In this document: in pieces, positions 1-12,100 of the stretch
Numbering within the stretch: the stretch's first letter is position 1
How the letters are laid out: each line of letters starts with the position of its first letter
Program-made: the position numbers and the translations under genes
Source of the DNA: Phoronis australis
Lineage: Eukaryota > Animalia > Phoronida
Reading direction: 5' to 3'
NCBI GenBank assembly: GCA_002633005.1
Contig: NMRA01000192.1
Span: 76,231-140,230, forward strand
Length of the DNA: 64,000 nucleotides
Notes under the pieces: generated by a model
Database searches by the model: none
Told to the model about the DNA's origin: nothing
What the model saw: only the letters and a program-made list of their open reading frames with translations

Positions 1-159
1 CCCAACACAAATCACTAAGTGCTCTAAATTGACATTACTGATATAAGCACTGAAGCAATACAACGCTGTTGAAAATTCTGCCAATGTAACCTATGATAAG
101 TGCTGAGAACCTGGTATTCAGCATACATTACATGATCACCAGAGTAGAGTATTTACTAC

Positions 160-2288
160 CTTTCATATCTGTAGCACCGTTAGATCCAGGCACAGGCTTT
201 TTGTCCCCAGACCCGTCACTGACACCTTGAGTTTCGACGACCTCATAGAAAAACTTGTCGGGAAGTAGGCCAAAGATATCGCCCACCTGCAGCACCTGGC
301 TCTGATCTTTTGAAACAATCGACTTCTCACCCTCGCCATGTTTTCTGTAGAAGCAAGGATTGTTGTGTGTCTGTAAAGAAAATGTGTTTTGTTAATGGGA
401 GACTTTCAAACAGCGACATGGCGACTGGTCACATGGGACCGGATGCCAGTGACCTCTAGAGGACGAAGAGGCATTCTACAACTTTTGCGTAAAGCATATT
501 CTGTGTAATCACATAAAATGCTAAAGGAACTTTTCACAAAGTCAAACTGTTCCCCTCTGGCACATGCTGCGAAGACAAAATAACATCTGGTTCGGCGAAA
601 ATGATTCCCGCAAATCACTAAACCATGTCCAGTAAATATTCTGCAGTGCTGGTGAGCAACACTGCAAGAACCTGGCTATGTGTGCCTGGGAGTTACGTCA
701 TTAGTGTCAAGGTCATACAGTTCTAGAATTTGTTGTTTTCATAATTACAAGTTGTTTATGAAAACAAGTTAGCATGGGATGTAAATCAACATAGTGTTGC
801 TGTTTAATTCCTGCCATACTTTAGCATTCACCTTTAAGGGTTGGATAAAGTTTGCAACGAAGTAGTGGTTTTATGCGATAATGACTAATTTATAATAACA
901 TTTGAATATATATGATTTCAGACAACATTTTACTTAATTTAAAAAATGTTTTTGTGTCAAGGGCTTCTTACTAAAACACTCAAAATAGCGTGCGGCATCA
1001 AATTTCACAAGTCAATTGAGACCTTGAGCTGAAATAACTTAAAAACCTAGTCGGTAATGCCATATCTGTCTCTAATGTCACACCAAACACGTGCGACATC
1101 AAAGAAAGACAATAAAGTGAAATTCTTAATGGAGAAATTTTTGTGTAAAAGTCAAAAACACTCAAATTTGAAGTGCTCAAAATAAATCGGTAAAAATCAG
1201 TAAACCCAGAAATATAATTAATGCCGTTAAAATATAACAGTGACATAATACAACAAAATTAATTTGGCTACAAAATAATTTTAATCATTAACTTAATTAG
1301 AGGTGGCCTATGTTTAAGCAGCTGTAACAGAAAAACTAATTCCGTCACCCCCCCCACCCCTCTGGACTATTTTGTGATACGCAGAAGGCAAAATCGAAAT
1401 TACAAAATATGAAAACCAACAATAAATTAAAACTGTTTCGTATCCCTTTAAAGCCAAAATGGATCAAATCAGCTCCTTAGTCCTGACACTTTAAGTTCAT
1501 CAACAGATTCCAATCACTAGGAAATCAAACATGTCACGCGACACACTGGCACAAATTACTTCAAATATTATCCTATTTACATACGGAAGTTAAGACAAGA
1601 TTTCCATCTTCATCTGTAGATATTTCGGCGTGGTTCCTGGATACTTTCTTGTCAGCAATCTAAAAGATAACATTTAGCAACCAGTGAATTACTTGTAGAA
1701 TTGCTTGAAGCTACTTTATGAAGATGCATAGCCAACACATTCCATTGCCTGTTAAAAATTATAATTAAAATATAGAAACTACCAAAATTTTCAAGCTTTA
1801 ATTAAAGCTAATCATGTCTCTGGTCACCTATCCTTCAACCCATTTTATGGAAACAAAGTTCAGTGGTAGAACAATTTGAAGACTCTGCATTTTGATCCAC
1901 TCTGTAGGGAGTACAAAACCAGGTGCCTCAATCCAGTAGTAATGCTTCATTACATGAAGTAATTCGCCACGACCTGTGACTGTTGTTTCACTGAACACCT
2001 TGATGTTACCATTCTGTAGGGAGTACACCACCAGGTGCCTCAATCCAGCAGCAATGCTTCATTACCTGAAGTAACCCCCCTCAACCTATTACTGTTGTTT
2101 CACTAGGCACCTTGATATTACCACTCTGTAGGGAGTATATCACCAGGTGTCTTAATACAGCAGTAATGCTCCTTTACCTGAAGTAATTCCCCTCGACCTA
2201 TGACTGTTGTTTCACTGGGCACCTTGATGTTGCCACTGGATGCCCCGTCTTCCGTCTCGACTGGCTTCAGTTCATACGACACAGGCAT
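160..2288 (-). CDS. APLF: Aprataxin and PNK-like factor, N-terminal FHA domain (first 3 coding exons; gene continues beyond the left edge)
   Basis: Exons 2288-2178, 1659-1585 and 370-160 have GT-AG boundaries and join in frame: MPVSYELKPV...TTVIGRGELLQ|IADKKVSRNHAEI...LVLTS|THNNPCFY...GDIFGLLPDKFFYEV. This matches APLF FHA motifs (IGRGPLL, DKRVSRRHA, HTNPCFY, GDSFSLL). Confidence 0.88.
1898..2237. repeat. Three tandem copies of a 112-bp unit containing the 3' 60 nt of APLF exon 1 plus its splice donor
   Basis: Homologous 60-nt blocks at 2178-2237, 2066-2125 and 1954-2013, spaced exactly 112 bp apart. Confidence 0.9.
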
Positions 2289-2717
2289 GATGTCAGGAAA
2301 GACAGCTAGAACTATCAGACACAAAATAAATTAAAGTGACATATATGGTATGGTAGAACATACGGCACTGAGGAATTTGAGTAACTGCAATTGTATTGAT
2401 AACAGTCCATCTACTTCTCCAAATTAATAGCAGGCGGAACCATGCTGGATTGCATAAAGTGCATGCAAGTAACCTTAGACTATCTACAAATAAAAGAGAA
2501 GCAGTGAATCCAGGATGTGGAAATTGTATTAGTTCTTTAATAGTCTGTTGAAGTTCCTGATTGGAGAACCTTTTTACACTCACAGACATGCTTACAGATG
2601 CTAAATGCACAATTGAAAGATGAGCTCTGCTGAATACAGAAGATCTGATTCTGGGCTAGGTTGCATAAAGTCGACAACACGAACGTGATGCCCTGGTATC
2701 TAATAGCAGTGCTGTCT

Positions 2718-2760
2718 AGTCTAGTGGGATTTGAACCCACGACCTTTTGACAGTAGGCAT
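2718..2760 (-). repeat. tRNA-derived (B-box) fragment, SINE head or tRNA pseudogene remnant; second copy near 5095-5137
   Basis: Minus strand reads AAGGTCGTGGGTTCAAATCCCAC, a T-arm/B-box. No complete cloverleaf is seen. Confidence 0.5.
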
Positions 2761-3328
2761 AACATATGATCATACTAACTCCTCCACATTTTCTATTTAA
2801 ACAAAATGAACCAAATAAAACCACTGTTAATATATATATCATCTCAATGCAAATGGTTAAAAATGCACCAATGTATTACAGTGACTTGTCTCAAAAATAG
2901 CCGTCTCTAACATGTTAACAAAGTAGGTCAAATGTAGAAAACAAGTTGTGCTGACAGGACAGCCACCACAGTACTGACTGTCATATCTTGTAAAGAACCT
3001 CCCCTTCAAGTCAAGTTTACTCTTGATTATGCAGATGAGACTGGTATTTAATTGGAAGAGTACAGTATTCATTTGTCCAAACCAGAGTTAACTTAGCACA
3101 CACAGGACAAAAGTGTTGTTGTCAGCGTCATACAGGCAATTTAAAAGTGCAAAATATACCCTCAGTTTAGACTCACAAGGTGAAAAAGCAACACCAGATT
3201 TTTTCATATGCAAAACAATTGAATATAATTATTGCACCAAAATCTTAAACTTACACTTAAGAAAATTAACCATGATAACATACGTTCGAACATACCGTAT
3301 ATTCCATTGTGCGATTTTAAACTGTTAA

Positions 3329-4912
3329 AGGTAGGTACGTGACAAAAAAATTCAAATTCTGATTTAATATTTAAAAATGCACTGATTTAAAAAATCATCA
3401 AAAACAGATTCAAACAAAAAAAAAATTAACAAAATCCGTCGAGCCGTTAACTTTTTATGAATGTTTGAAGAGCGATAATTAGCCCTTTATTTTAGTCCAC
3501 TGAATACATAGGAATAAAGCCGTATGTATGTGACCGAAAATTAGTTTTTTCACAATAACTTCCTCAATACTTTTAATAACAACGTGAAAATTTCAGGATA
3601 TGTCAATCCTAGCATTTACTTAGTGAGAGACATTTTTAAGACAACAAAAAATTCCAAATTCCAAAATGGCGGACAATATGGCCACCATTATGACTGCAAA
3701 AACGTCCTATTTTTACGTTAATGAACTATATGGTGCAATATACCATTAACGAACTATATGGTGTAATATACCAAATGATAGGTCTTTTCATTGTTTTTTT
3801 GAAGAAAATGATGAAAAACATGTTTAGGCAATATTTTCGACATTTCCGCATAGCTGCCAAAATGGCTGCCAACATTACTGCATTAACGACCACCAGAAGA
3901 GATTGATTCAGCAACCATGATGTAAACCTAATATATGAATATTAAAGGTGTTTTCATGAACTGCAAGGATATCATACAATTGTGTTATGCATACATGTTT
4001 ATTTTGTACAAAATGGCTGCCAAGATGGCTGCCACCCATAACAGAAAAGTAGTTGTAGTAATACAATTTTACAAAACAAATGAAACCAAAACGAGATTCA
4101 TTCAACTTTAAGCACAAACTTTTGCTTGACTGGCAACAACACTACCCAGAGGTTCAAAAGTTCATCTGTAACAAATACAAGGGCACACTGAGTGCATCGC
4201 ACAGAGCACAGATACAAAGGATCCTCATTATTTTAATCCCTCTAGAGGGTGCAATGCGGATGGAGCAAATGCACTCGAAACTTTAGGAAATGCAGAATAC
4301 ATCAAATATAAATGAAAATGGGAAGGCATTGTAGTCTCCTAGAACCCTAACTACCAAGTTTCATGAAAATCCATCAATGAACTCTAAAGATACACAAGAA
4401 AACGTACAAAAAAGTTGCCCTTGGGGGCACACCAACCGATTCCTTTTTTGTTCAGTGGTAACTTTCTGGCGCTTTATCTGCTGAGTCAAATGCTTGATCT
4501 GACATGCTTGAGTAGACTTCAGTGAAGACTTGAGATCATGAATGTTTTTTTTTTCCTTCGAAACATACTGTAGCTGTCTCTTTAGTTTTTGTTTCCTAGG
4601 TGTTAGGGCTTCTCGCTTAGAGGAAGGTGTTGAGGTAGATGGCTCTGATGCAACTGAAGGGCCAGCTTCAAGCTCTGGTTGTGTCAGCTCAGGAAATACA
4701 GGTTCATGGTGGGGGTCAGCAACCGCGCAAGACACAGGTTCTTCACTGGGTTCAGGAACGAGAGGAAACAACTCTTCGCACACTTTAAACTGGCACATGC
4801 TTCTTTCATTTGAAACTGATTGATACTCTTTAGTGACCTATTCACCAGCGAGTTGATATTGCTTGTAGTAATTTTCCAATTACCAATAAGTTCACGTTTT
4901 AAAGTTGACACT
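3329..4912 (-). mobile_element. Truncated DNA-transposon-like insertion after TTAA (Kolobok-like), with a degenerate ORF at 4361-4798
   Basis: Begins TTAA|AGG where the two duplicated copies diverge, is absent from the second copy, and ends at the N gap. The ORF has a basic TPRKQKLKRQL segment and a coiled coil. The other terminus is not visible. Confidence 0.5.
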
Positions 4913-6183
4913 NTTAATAGTCTGTTGAAGTTCCTGATTGGAGAACCTTTTTACACTCACAGACATGCTTACAGATGCCAAATGCACAATTGAAAGATGA
5001 GCTCTGCTGAATACAGAAGATCTGATTCTGGGCTAGGTTGCATGAAGTTGACAACACGAACGTGATGCCCTGGTATCTCATAGCAGTGCTGTCTAGTCTA
5101 GTGGGATTTGAACCCACGACCTTTTGACAGTAGGCATAACATATGATCATACTAACTCCTCCACATTTTCCATTTAAACAAAATGAACCAAATAAAACCA
5201 CTGTTAATATATATATCATCTCAATGCAAATGGTTAAAAATGCACCAATGTACTACAGTGACTTGTCTCAAAATATCTGTCTCTAATATGTTAACAAAGT
5301 AGGTCAAATGTAGAAAACAAGTTGTGCTGACAGGACAGCCACCACAGTACTGACTGCCATATCTTGTAAAGAACCTCCCCTTCTTTTCTCTTCAAGTCAA
5401 GTTTACTCTTGATTATGCAGATGAGACTGGTATTTAATTGGAAGAGTACAGTATTCATTTGTCCAAACCAGAGTTAACTTAGCACACACACAGGACAAGT
5501 GTTGTTCACTGTTGTTGTCAGCGTCATACAGGCAATTTAAAAGTGCAGAATATACCCTCAGTTTAGACTCACAAGGTGAAAAAGCAACGCCAGATTTTTT
5601 CATATGCAAAACAATTGGATATAATTATTGCACCAAAATCTTAAACTTGAACTTAAGAAAATTAACCATGATAACATACGTTCGAACATATATTCCATTG
5701 TGCGATTTTAAACTGTTAAAGGGACATGAAGTTAAGACACCGGCATCTTGTTTACGACAAATTCAAATTGTGAAGATTTTTTCTTTAAATTTGTGTGATT
5801 GCAACACATTGCAATGGCCCACGTTAAACTGTTTGAAAAGTAACAGCGCAATCGTACAAACCTTAGTTATTCAACAAGGGTTATTTTGTTAAAAATGTGA
5901 TCACAAATCCTCCATGATGCTCATTTACGACAAAGCTTGACAAAATTAAGCTGAAACGGGAAAGCAATTTTAATACACATAGACAGTTTTAACAGTTTTT
6001 CTACTTCATAGTATCAAAAATATAAATTACAATTCGAATATTTTACCGTATTAGGGAAATTTTGCAGCATATTTTGATTTCTTTTTCACTTTTCTAAACA
6101 ACTTTTCTAACTTTACGTTACTTGTTTGTATACAATCGTATGTTCTTTTCTTTCGGAGGTAGAAAAGACTCATTTCTTTGAAT

Positions 6184-9100
6184 ATGGCGGATTTCATGAA
6201 ATTGGATTTGTATCAAATTCTCAATGTTCCAACCGATGCAAATGAAAAACAGGTACTTGACCAGCGTTAGTGCAATATCTGCATCTTTGGTAACTTCCGA
6301 TAGCGTTGTGCACGCACCATTTCGCTTCTGCGGCATCTGACGTAACAGTGGCGCCCGCCACAATAGTAATTCTTCGGAAAAAGATTTTTTTCTAAAATAT
6401 TACATGTACACTGTATGATATTGCGCAAGACAATTTAGCTATACATCAGTTACAAACGTGTAGAGTGTAATAGAATGACACGGCATGACAGATGAGGTAA
6501 AAACGTTGCACGTCAATTCACCTGAATATCGGGGTTGCGGCACCACAGTATTTCCCCTAATCAAATCAAAACTTATCTTAGAGTAAAGAAGCTAATTACC
6601 TAAAGAAATCAGCTATAAAACTGATCTTTCAGTGGTGGATCCATCTGAAATGCTTGGCTACTTCAGAAGTGTCGACGGAAGTGCACGCACAGTTTATCTC
6701 CGCGCATTTTGCCGATGAGCCACGAAGACTCACTAATTCACAATGCAAAAAATTATATTTTCAGAGTGAGCCTCCCTCAATTTTTTCCAAGTTAGTTTAC
6801 TTGGGCTTTACACACGCTAGCGGTGCCGTTTTTGTTTTGCTGGAGACGTTTTTTTTTATTTTTGGGTCCTGGCCCGAGGGGGGTTTAAACCCCCTGAACC
6901 CCCCCCCCCCGTAGATCCACCACTGTGTAACTCCTGTAACCATAGATTACAGACAACACGACATCGACAGATTCGCAACTCCGACACTTTCTTGTGTAGT
7001 ATCCTAGAGGAGGTGCCGCCCTCCAGTACAATGAAAAAAAATCGACATTAGTTGGTATTTTCATAGACTAAGACTCCAGAGCATTCAAGCTTAAAATGAA
7101 ATGTCCAGCGGAGTATGTAAACTGCTATTGAAGTGCGAGATAGATTTTGAGTATGCGTGGCGGTTATTTCTGGAGTATTAATATGAGCTTTATTTTAGAA
7201 GTGTTGTGTGCTCTATATTAATTTTAGGTGTAGATTGATTTCAACTTAAATCTTCTAGAGACGCAAACAAATAATAAAGTTCAAACATTCCTGGATTTTA
7301 TGACAAATCACAATTTAAGACCTTCAATTACATACCCTACACGTCTTAGCCCCACATCAGCAACTTTAATAGATAACTTCTTTGTATCAACATCATACGG
7401 TCACATACATACACACTCTGCTATTCTTTTCTCTTCGATTTCAGACCACTGTCCTATCTTCATTGCTTCAAAATCAATAAAGAAACTCCACCCTAAATGC
7501 CCTACTTTCGTCTCAAAATATTCTTACACACCGCAAACAAAAACTCACTTTCTCAATGGCTTGCGGAACTGCAATATCATGGAAAAGCTAGACCGCAGCT
7601 TAGATTGTGACCCTAATCACAACTACGCAATTCTCAGTGATGCTTTGACATATCTCACGAAAAAACACTTTGGTCCAAATAAATGGTATAATAAACACAA
7701 ACGCGCACTTAACTCGTGGATTACACCTGGTATTTTAATTTTCATTCGTTACGGAGATAAACTGTAGAAACAAACCAAGACAAACCCTCGCAACACACAA
7801 TCCTACACTACATGGCACAAAAATGCAATTGGGGGGTCACTACACAATAGATCACTGCTTACAACACAGGTAAGTCGAAAGCATGTCTTGACTTCAAGGG
7901 CAGGAGATTCGAAGTGTTAAACTGCAGCGACGGATGTCTCAGCCACACACCAGGTGGCGCTCTCTGTAAACCCAGCTGGTCTCCGCCGCTCTCCAACAGC
8001 GTCATTCTCCGTCAAGACTACAGTCGTGTGGCACTCTAGTCACACAACATTCCCCCTTGTTTAATTTTGAGGATTCCCACCCAAATCCAAACAACAAGTA
8101 CGTATCTGTACACCAGCCCAGTTCGGAAACTATCATCAATATTTACACAAGTCTCCAACTGGCTGAAACATTAAATTGAACATTTACACTTTTTATTCCA
8201 ATTAATGCTTACCCCTACTGGGACTCATGAGTTCTCTGTCTCGACTTTCCTCTCTCCAACTCATCTTGTTGGTGGTGTCTGCCAGGTACGACTTTGGTCG
8301 GTTGACCTTGAAAACAACGTCTGCCGTAACCGACTATGGTCGGCTGATCTTGAGTCTGTTCATGCACTCCAACTCTGGTCGGCTGGACTACGTACTCGGG
8401 ATACCCGCTGGTCACGACTAAGATGGCGTGGCCTCACTGGTGATCTGGAGGACTGCTGCCTGCAACTGACTGTGGTCAGCCGCTCTGAATGATGCCTGCC
8501 CTTGCCGACTGATGATCAGAGTGGTGAGCTAGGTCGGTGCCAGTTGGGGTCAGAGGTTTTGGGGTGAAGATGCTCGCCTAGACCGACTATGGTCGGCCGG
8601 CCTCCTCGGGGATGAGGTATGCCTGGGGCCTTGTCTCGAGCCTCATTGATACGGGCCCCTCCCTGCACGACTTCACCCACGACCCGATTGTTGCTGACGA
8701 TGTGGCTGGGCCGGTCACCCAAGGGGTCCACTACATTCTGAAGGGCTCCCAGTTAGGGTTTTACGAGCATTCAATTTTTTAAACTTGGATACGAGGTCGG
8801 CAAAATCACTGATCCATATGGCGATGAAATTAACATGATTAGCAGACGGCATACTTGCCAGAAGTAAAACTTGCTATGTCTGCCAGGTGTCACTAATGAA
8901 TAGTCACGTCACAGCTTATGTGTAAGATCACAGATTTTGTCCATTGAAAATGTACGGAGTTGGCGGTCCATGTACTGTAACTGTAACTTAGACAGTGACC
9001 ACTGTCTCTAGCTGGCCCCAGTAGAGACGGTGAAGGTGCTATAGGAACTTCATACGCTGGAAGCTTTTCGGCTAATTATGCCTCACACTGATAAAAACAT

Positions 9101-12100
9101 CAAAGTCATGTTATAACTACCTTTTGTGCATAGAGGGTCACCTAAGGAGGACGTCGATTTCCTTAATTCCTTCAAACTCGAACAAATACTCCTGTAAACA
9201 GACTTTGTTCTAGCAGTCCTTCATTCAGTTGCCCAAATCGGCAACTGGCCATTTTTAGCACTAGATGCGTTTCTGGTGGGTGCGGTAAAAGTAGGAGAGT
9301 TGGAAGGAATTAAAGACAACAACGGCTTCCTAAGGTGTCCCTCTATCTGCAAAAGGTACTTGTAACAATGTGACTTTGATGTTTTAATCAATGCAAGGCA
9401 TAATTCGCCGAAAAGGTTCCGTCTCTAGTGGGGCCAGCTAGAGACGGTGGTCACTGTCTAGTTGCAACTGTTTTTCAGAGCCGATGGTTCAAAACAGCAT
9501 ATTGTATACAGAGCCTAAGCAGGTCACCGTTTAGCTGTAGGCTGGGCTGTTTTGGAATATGCTTTGTGTTTCATAACGAATTGGTGGTCTTGAGGAATAA
9601 TTTGATGGTTAAATACTCGTCATAGACAAAAAGTGTCAGCAGAGAAAATGTAGAACTGCAATTGAACTTGATGACCTAATCATTGTCCTAATCTTTTTCT
9701 CTGTTTCGTTTGGGTAAATAACACAAAAAGTGGACATTAGATTTAGATGGGAACAAGAATTACAGATTCAACAAAAACTTACATATATGTTACACTACAA
9801 ATATTTTATACCCACATGGGTACAGCTTTGCACTAAGGCCACCCTGCTTAGCTGAAGGCCACCCTGCTTAGCTGAAGGCCACCCTGCTTAGCTGAAGGCC
9901 ACCCTGCTAAGCTGAAGGCCACCCTGCTAAGCTGAAGGCCACCGTGCTTAGCTGAAGGCCACCCTGGTTAGCTGAAGGCCACCCTGGTTAGCTGGCTAAA
10001 ATGGAGATCAAATTAGACCTTTTACTCTCACGAATTCACGATATTAGGGTGAACTAACCCCAGTAAACTGTGGAGCGTTTTCTTGAGTCGCTGATGGTTT
10101 CGATGTTCTTGTTGGTTGTCCAATCCCTGTCATGGTAAGGATTGGTATGACACTAAAAGACCTAATATAAAGCCTTATTAGTGTAACATACTAGCGTAAC
10201 CCATCTAAATGACGGCCATTGAATTGATGCCAAATCATTTGCTAAACCCAGAACTGAACCGGAAGTACCCAGGAGTCTGTACAAAGCGAGCCAGTTCTTG
10301 ATTATTTAGTCAAAAATGATTGTAACTTCTGTGTAATATGTGAACTTGTAAAATAGTTATTGTCTTTTCCAGATTGTCAAAGCGTATAGAAAGAAAGCTC
10401 TTAAGTGCCATCCAGACAAGAATCCAGATGATCCACGAGCAGCTGCACTTTTCCAAGAGCTGTCCCGGGCCTTTGAAATACTGACAGATGCTTCTGCAAA
10501 GGTATACAGAAATCTGCTAGAAATTTGACACCCATTTCTGTAGGGACTTGGAGTTTCCACTCGTGAATAGAACTGCGCATCGTTTTTTCGTAAAGTGAAT
10601 TTCTTTTTCATGTGTTAAACATTAGAAACAACTTATTTCTCACAAACGTAATTGCCAAAATTGTCATTTTTCAAAAACTGATTATCTTGCCATAAATAAT
10701 GGAAACTTTTCCAAACAAGGGTAATAGTACACTTAAATTTCCTTAATTCTTATTTAGTGGAAAGTTTTGGCAAAATAAAAATTTACTTGATAACCATATT
10801 ACGTGCTTAGCAAGCAAAGAAACACACCCACTGAGTATTTTCACATTTTTTGGACCAAAAGAATAAAAATAAGCACCATTATGCTTTCTGCTGTATCAAT
10901 CATTTATCTTTCTATAAAATGGAGAGCAGAAGAGATCCAGGTTTTTAAGTGATTACTCAAACATTTTCAAACAAGACTCAGGTCTTCAGACACAGCTCAT
11001 TACCAACAGGTGTTACACTTGCGGGATTTTGTGTGATCTTACCAAGCTAGCAAACTACTTGTAATTTCTGAACTCGCATTTTACAAATGAGGCATTAAGA
11101 TGTGACTGTTGTAGTCTAGGACAAAGCGTTATTTTACTCGACTGTTAGATATAACAGTGTTTGACTAACGTATAGAACAGAAGCTGAGGAATCACTGTTT
11201 TTCACAGTGCTTGTATTAAAATAATCCACCGTAACTTTTGTAATTTGATCCATAGCTCATCAATGTGATCACCCTTAATGACCTCCTTCACAATCTGGTT
11301 AAATAAAGTGTTTGTAAACTTTAGGTCTAGAAATATGGCAGACTTTAATTTCATGAAATAGCCTCCAGTAGTTCACAGATTTTCATAAATTCCACTAAAA
11401 TTATTAAACGAACCTGAAATTAAGGTCACTATACAATGTTTCATGTCAAAAAACAAACTGTGAATACCACAGAATTTTCCTCTGATGGAATTCGATTTTA
11501 ATGGTTTCCTACATTCATGATGGATTGATGTCCGTGTCTGCTGTCTGTACTCTCAACATTGTCAATGTTATTATAGGCAGCTTATGATAAAGTTTTACGA
11601 GCAAGGAAGGCAGCAGAACTTAGGAACCAAGAACTTGATAGCAAGCGCAAGAAGTTTAAAGAAGGTAGAATTTGTTTTATACTTATTTTGATATATTTTG
11701 TAATCAAATGTTGAGTACTTAGTCATTGTGTGCGTTTGTTGTTGTTCATAAACTGTTGTTTTGATGCGAGTTATCAATGAAACCTTTCTCTCTTCTGACA
11801 AATTTCATGAATATGTGATTGTGTAAAGAAGTGTTTTAGGTTGTCTGTGATCTACACGTATATCAAAATTCTTGTCTGGAGAATTTCTTAATTTCAGAGG
11901 ATTTGTGAAGAAGACATTAATTGTAATCAAACTTTGATCTTGTGGTGTACTGTGCCTTAACTTTTAGTGATTAGCGTTTTTGTTGATTTTTCCCAGACCT
12001 CGAGGCTAGAGAAAAACAGAGTTTCCAGACTGCTGCCACACAAAGTTTTCAAACTAAAACTGATGCAGAACGCCTACAAGAAGAGGTAAGTGCGAGCACT

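Larger units (their letters stand above)
2537..5722. repeat. Near-identical direct duplication (2537-3331 vs 4914-5722) at a single-N join; probable haplotype overlap
   Basis: The second copy starts immediately after N4913. The copies differ by scattered SNPs and small indels. Confidence 0.85.

Noticed and set aside
2718-2760. Functional tRNA gene
   Set aside because: Only a T-arm/B-box is recognisable. No acceptor stem or D-arm could be built.
9835-9994. CRISPR-like array (also 45102-45312)
   Set aside because: Units are head-to-tail with no unique spacers, there are no cas genes, and the context is a eukaryotic intron. These are minisatellites.
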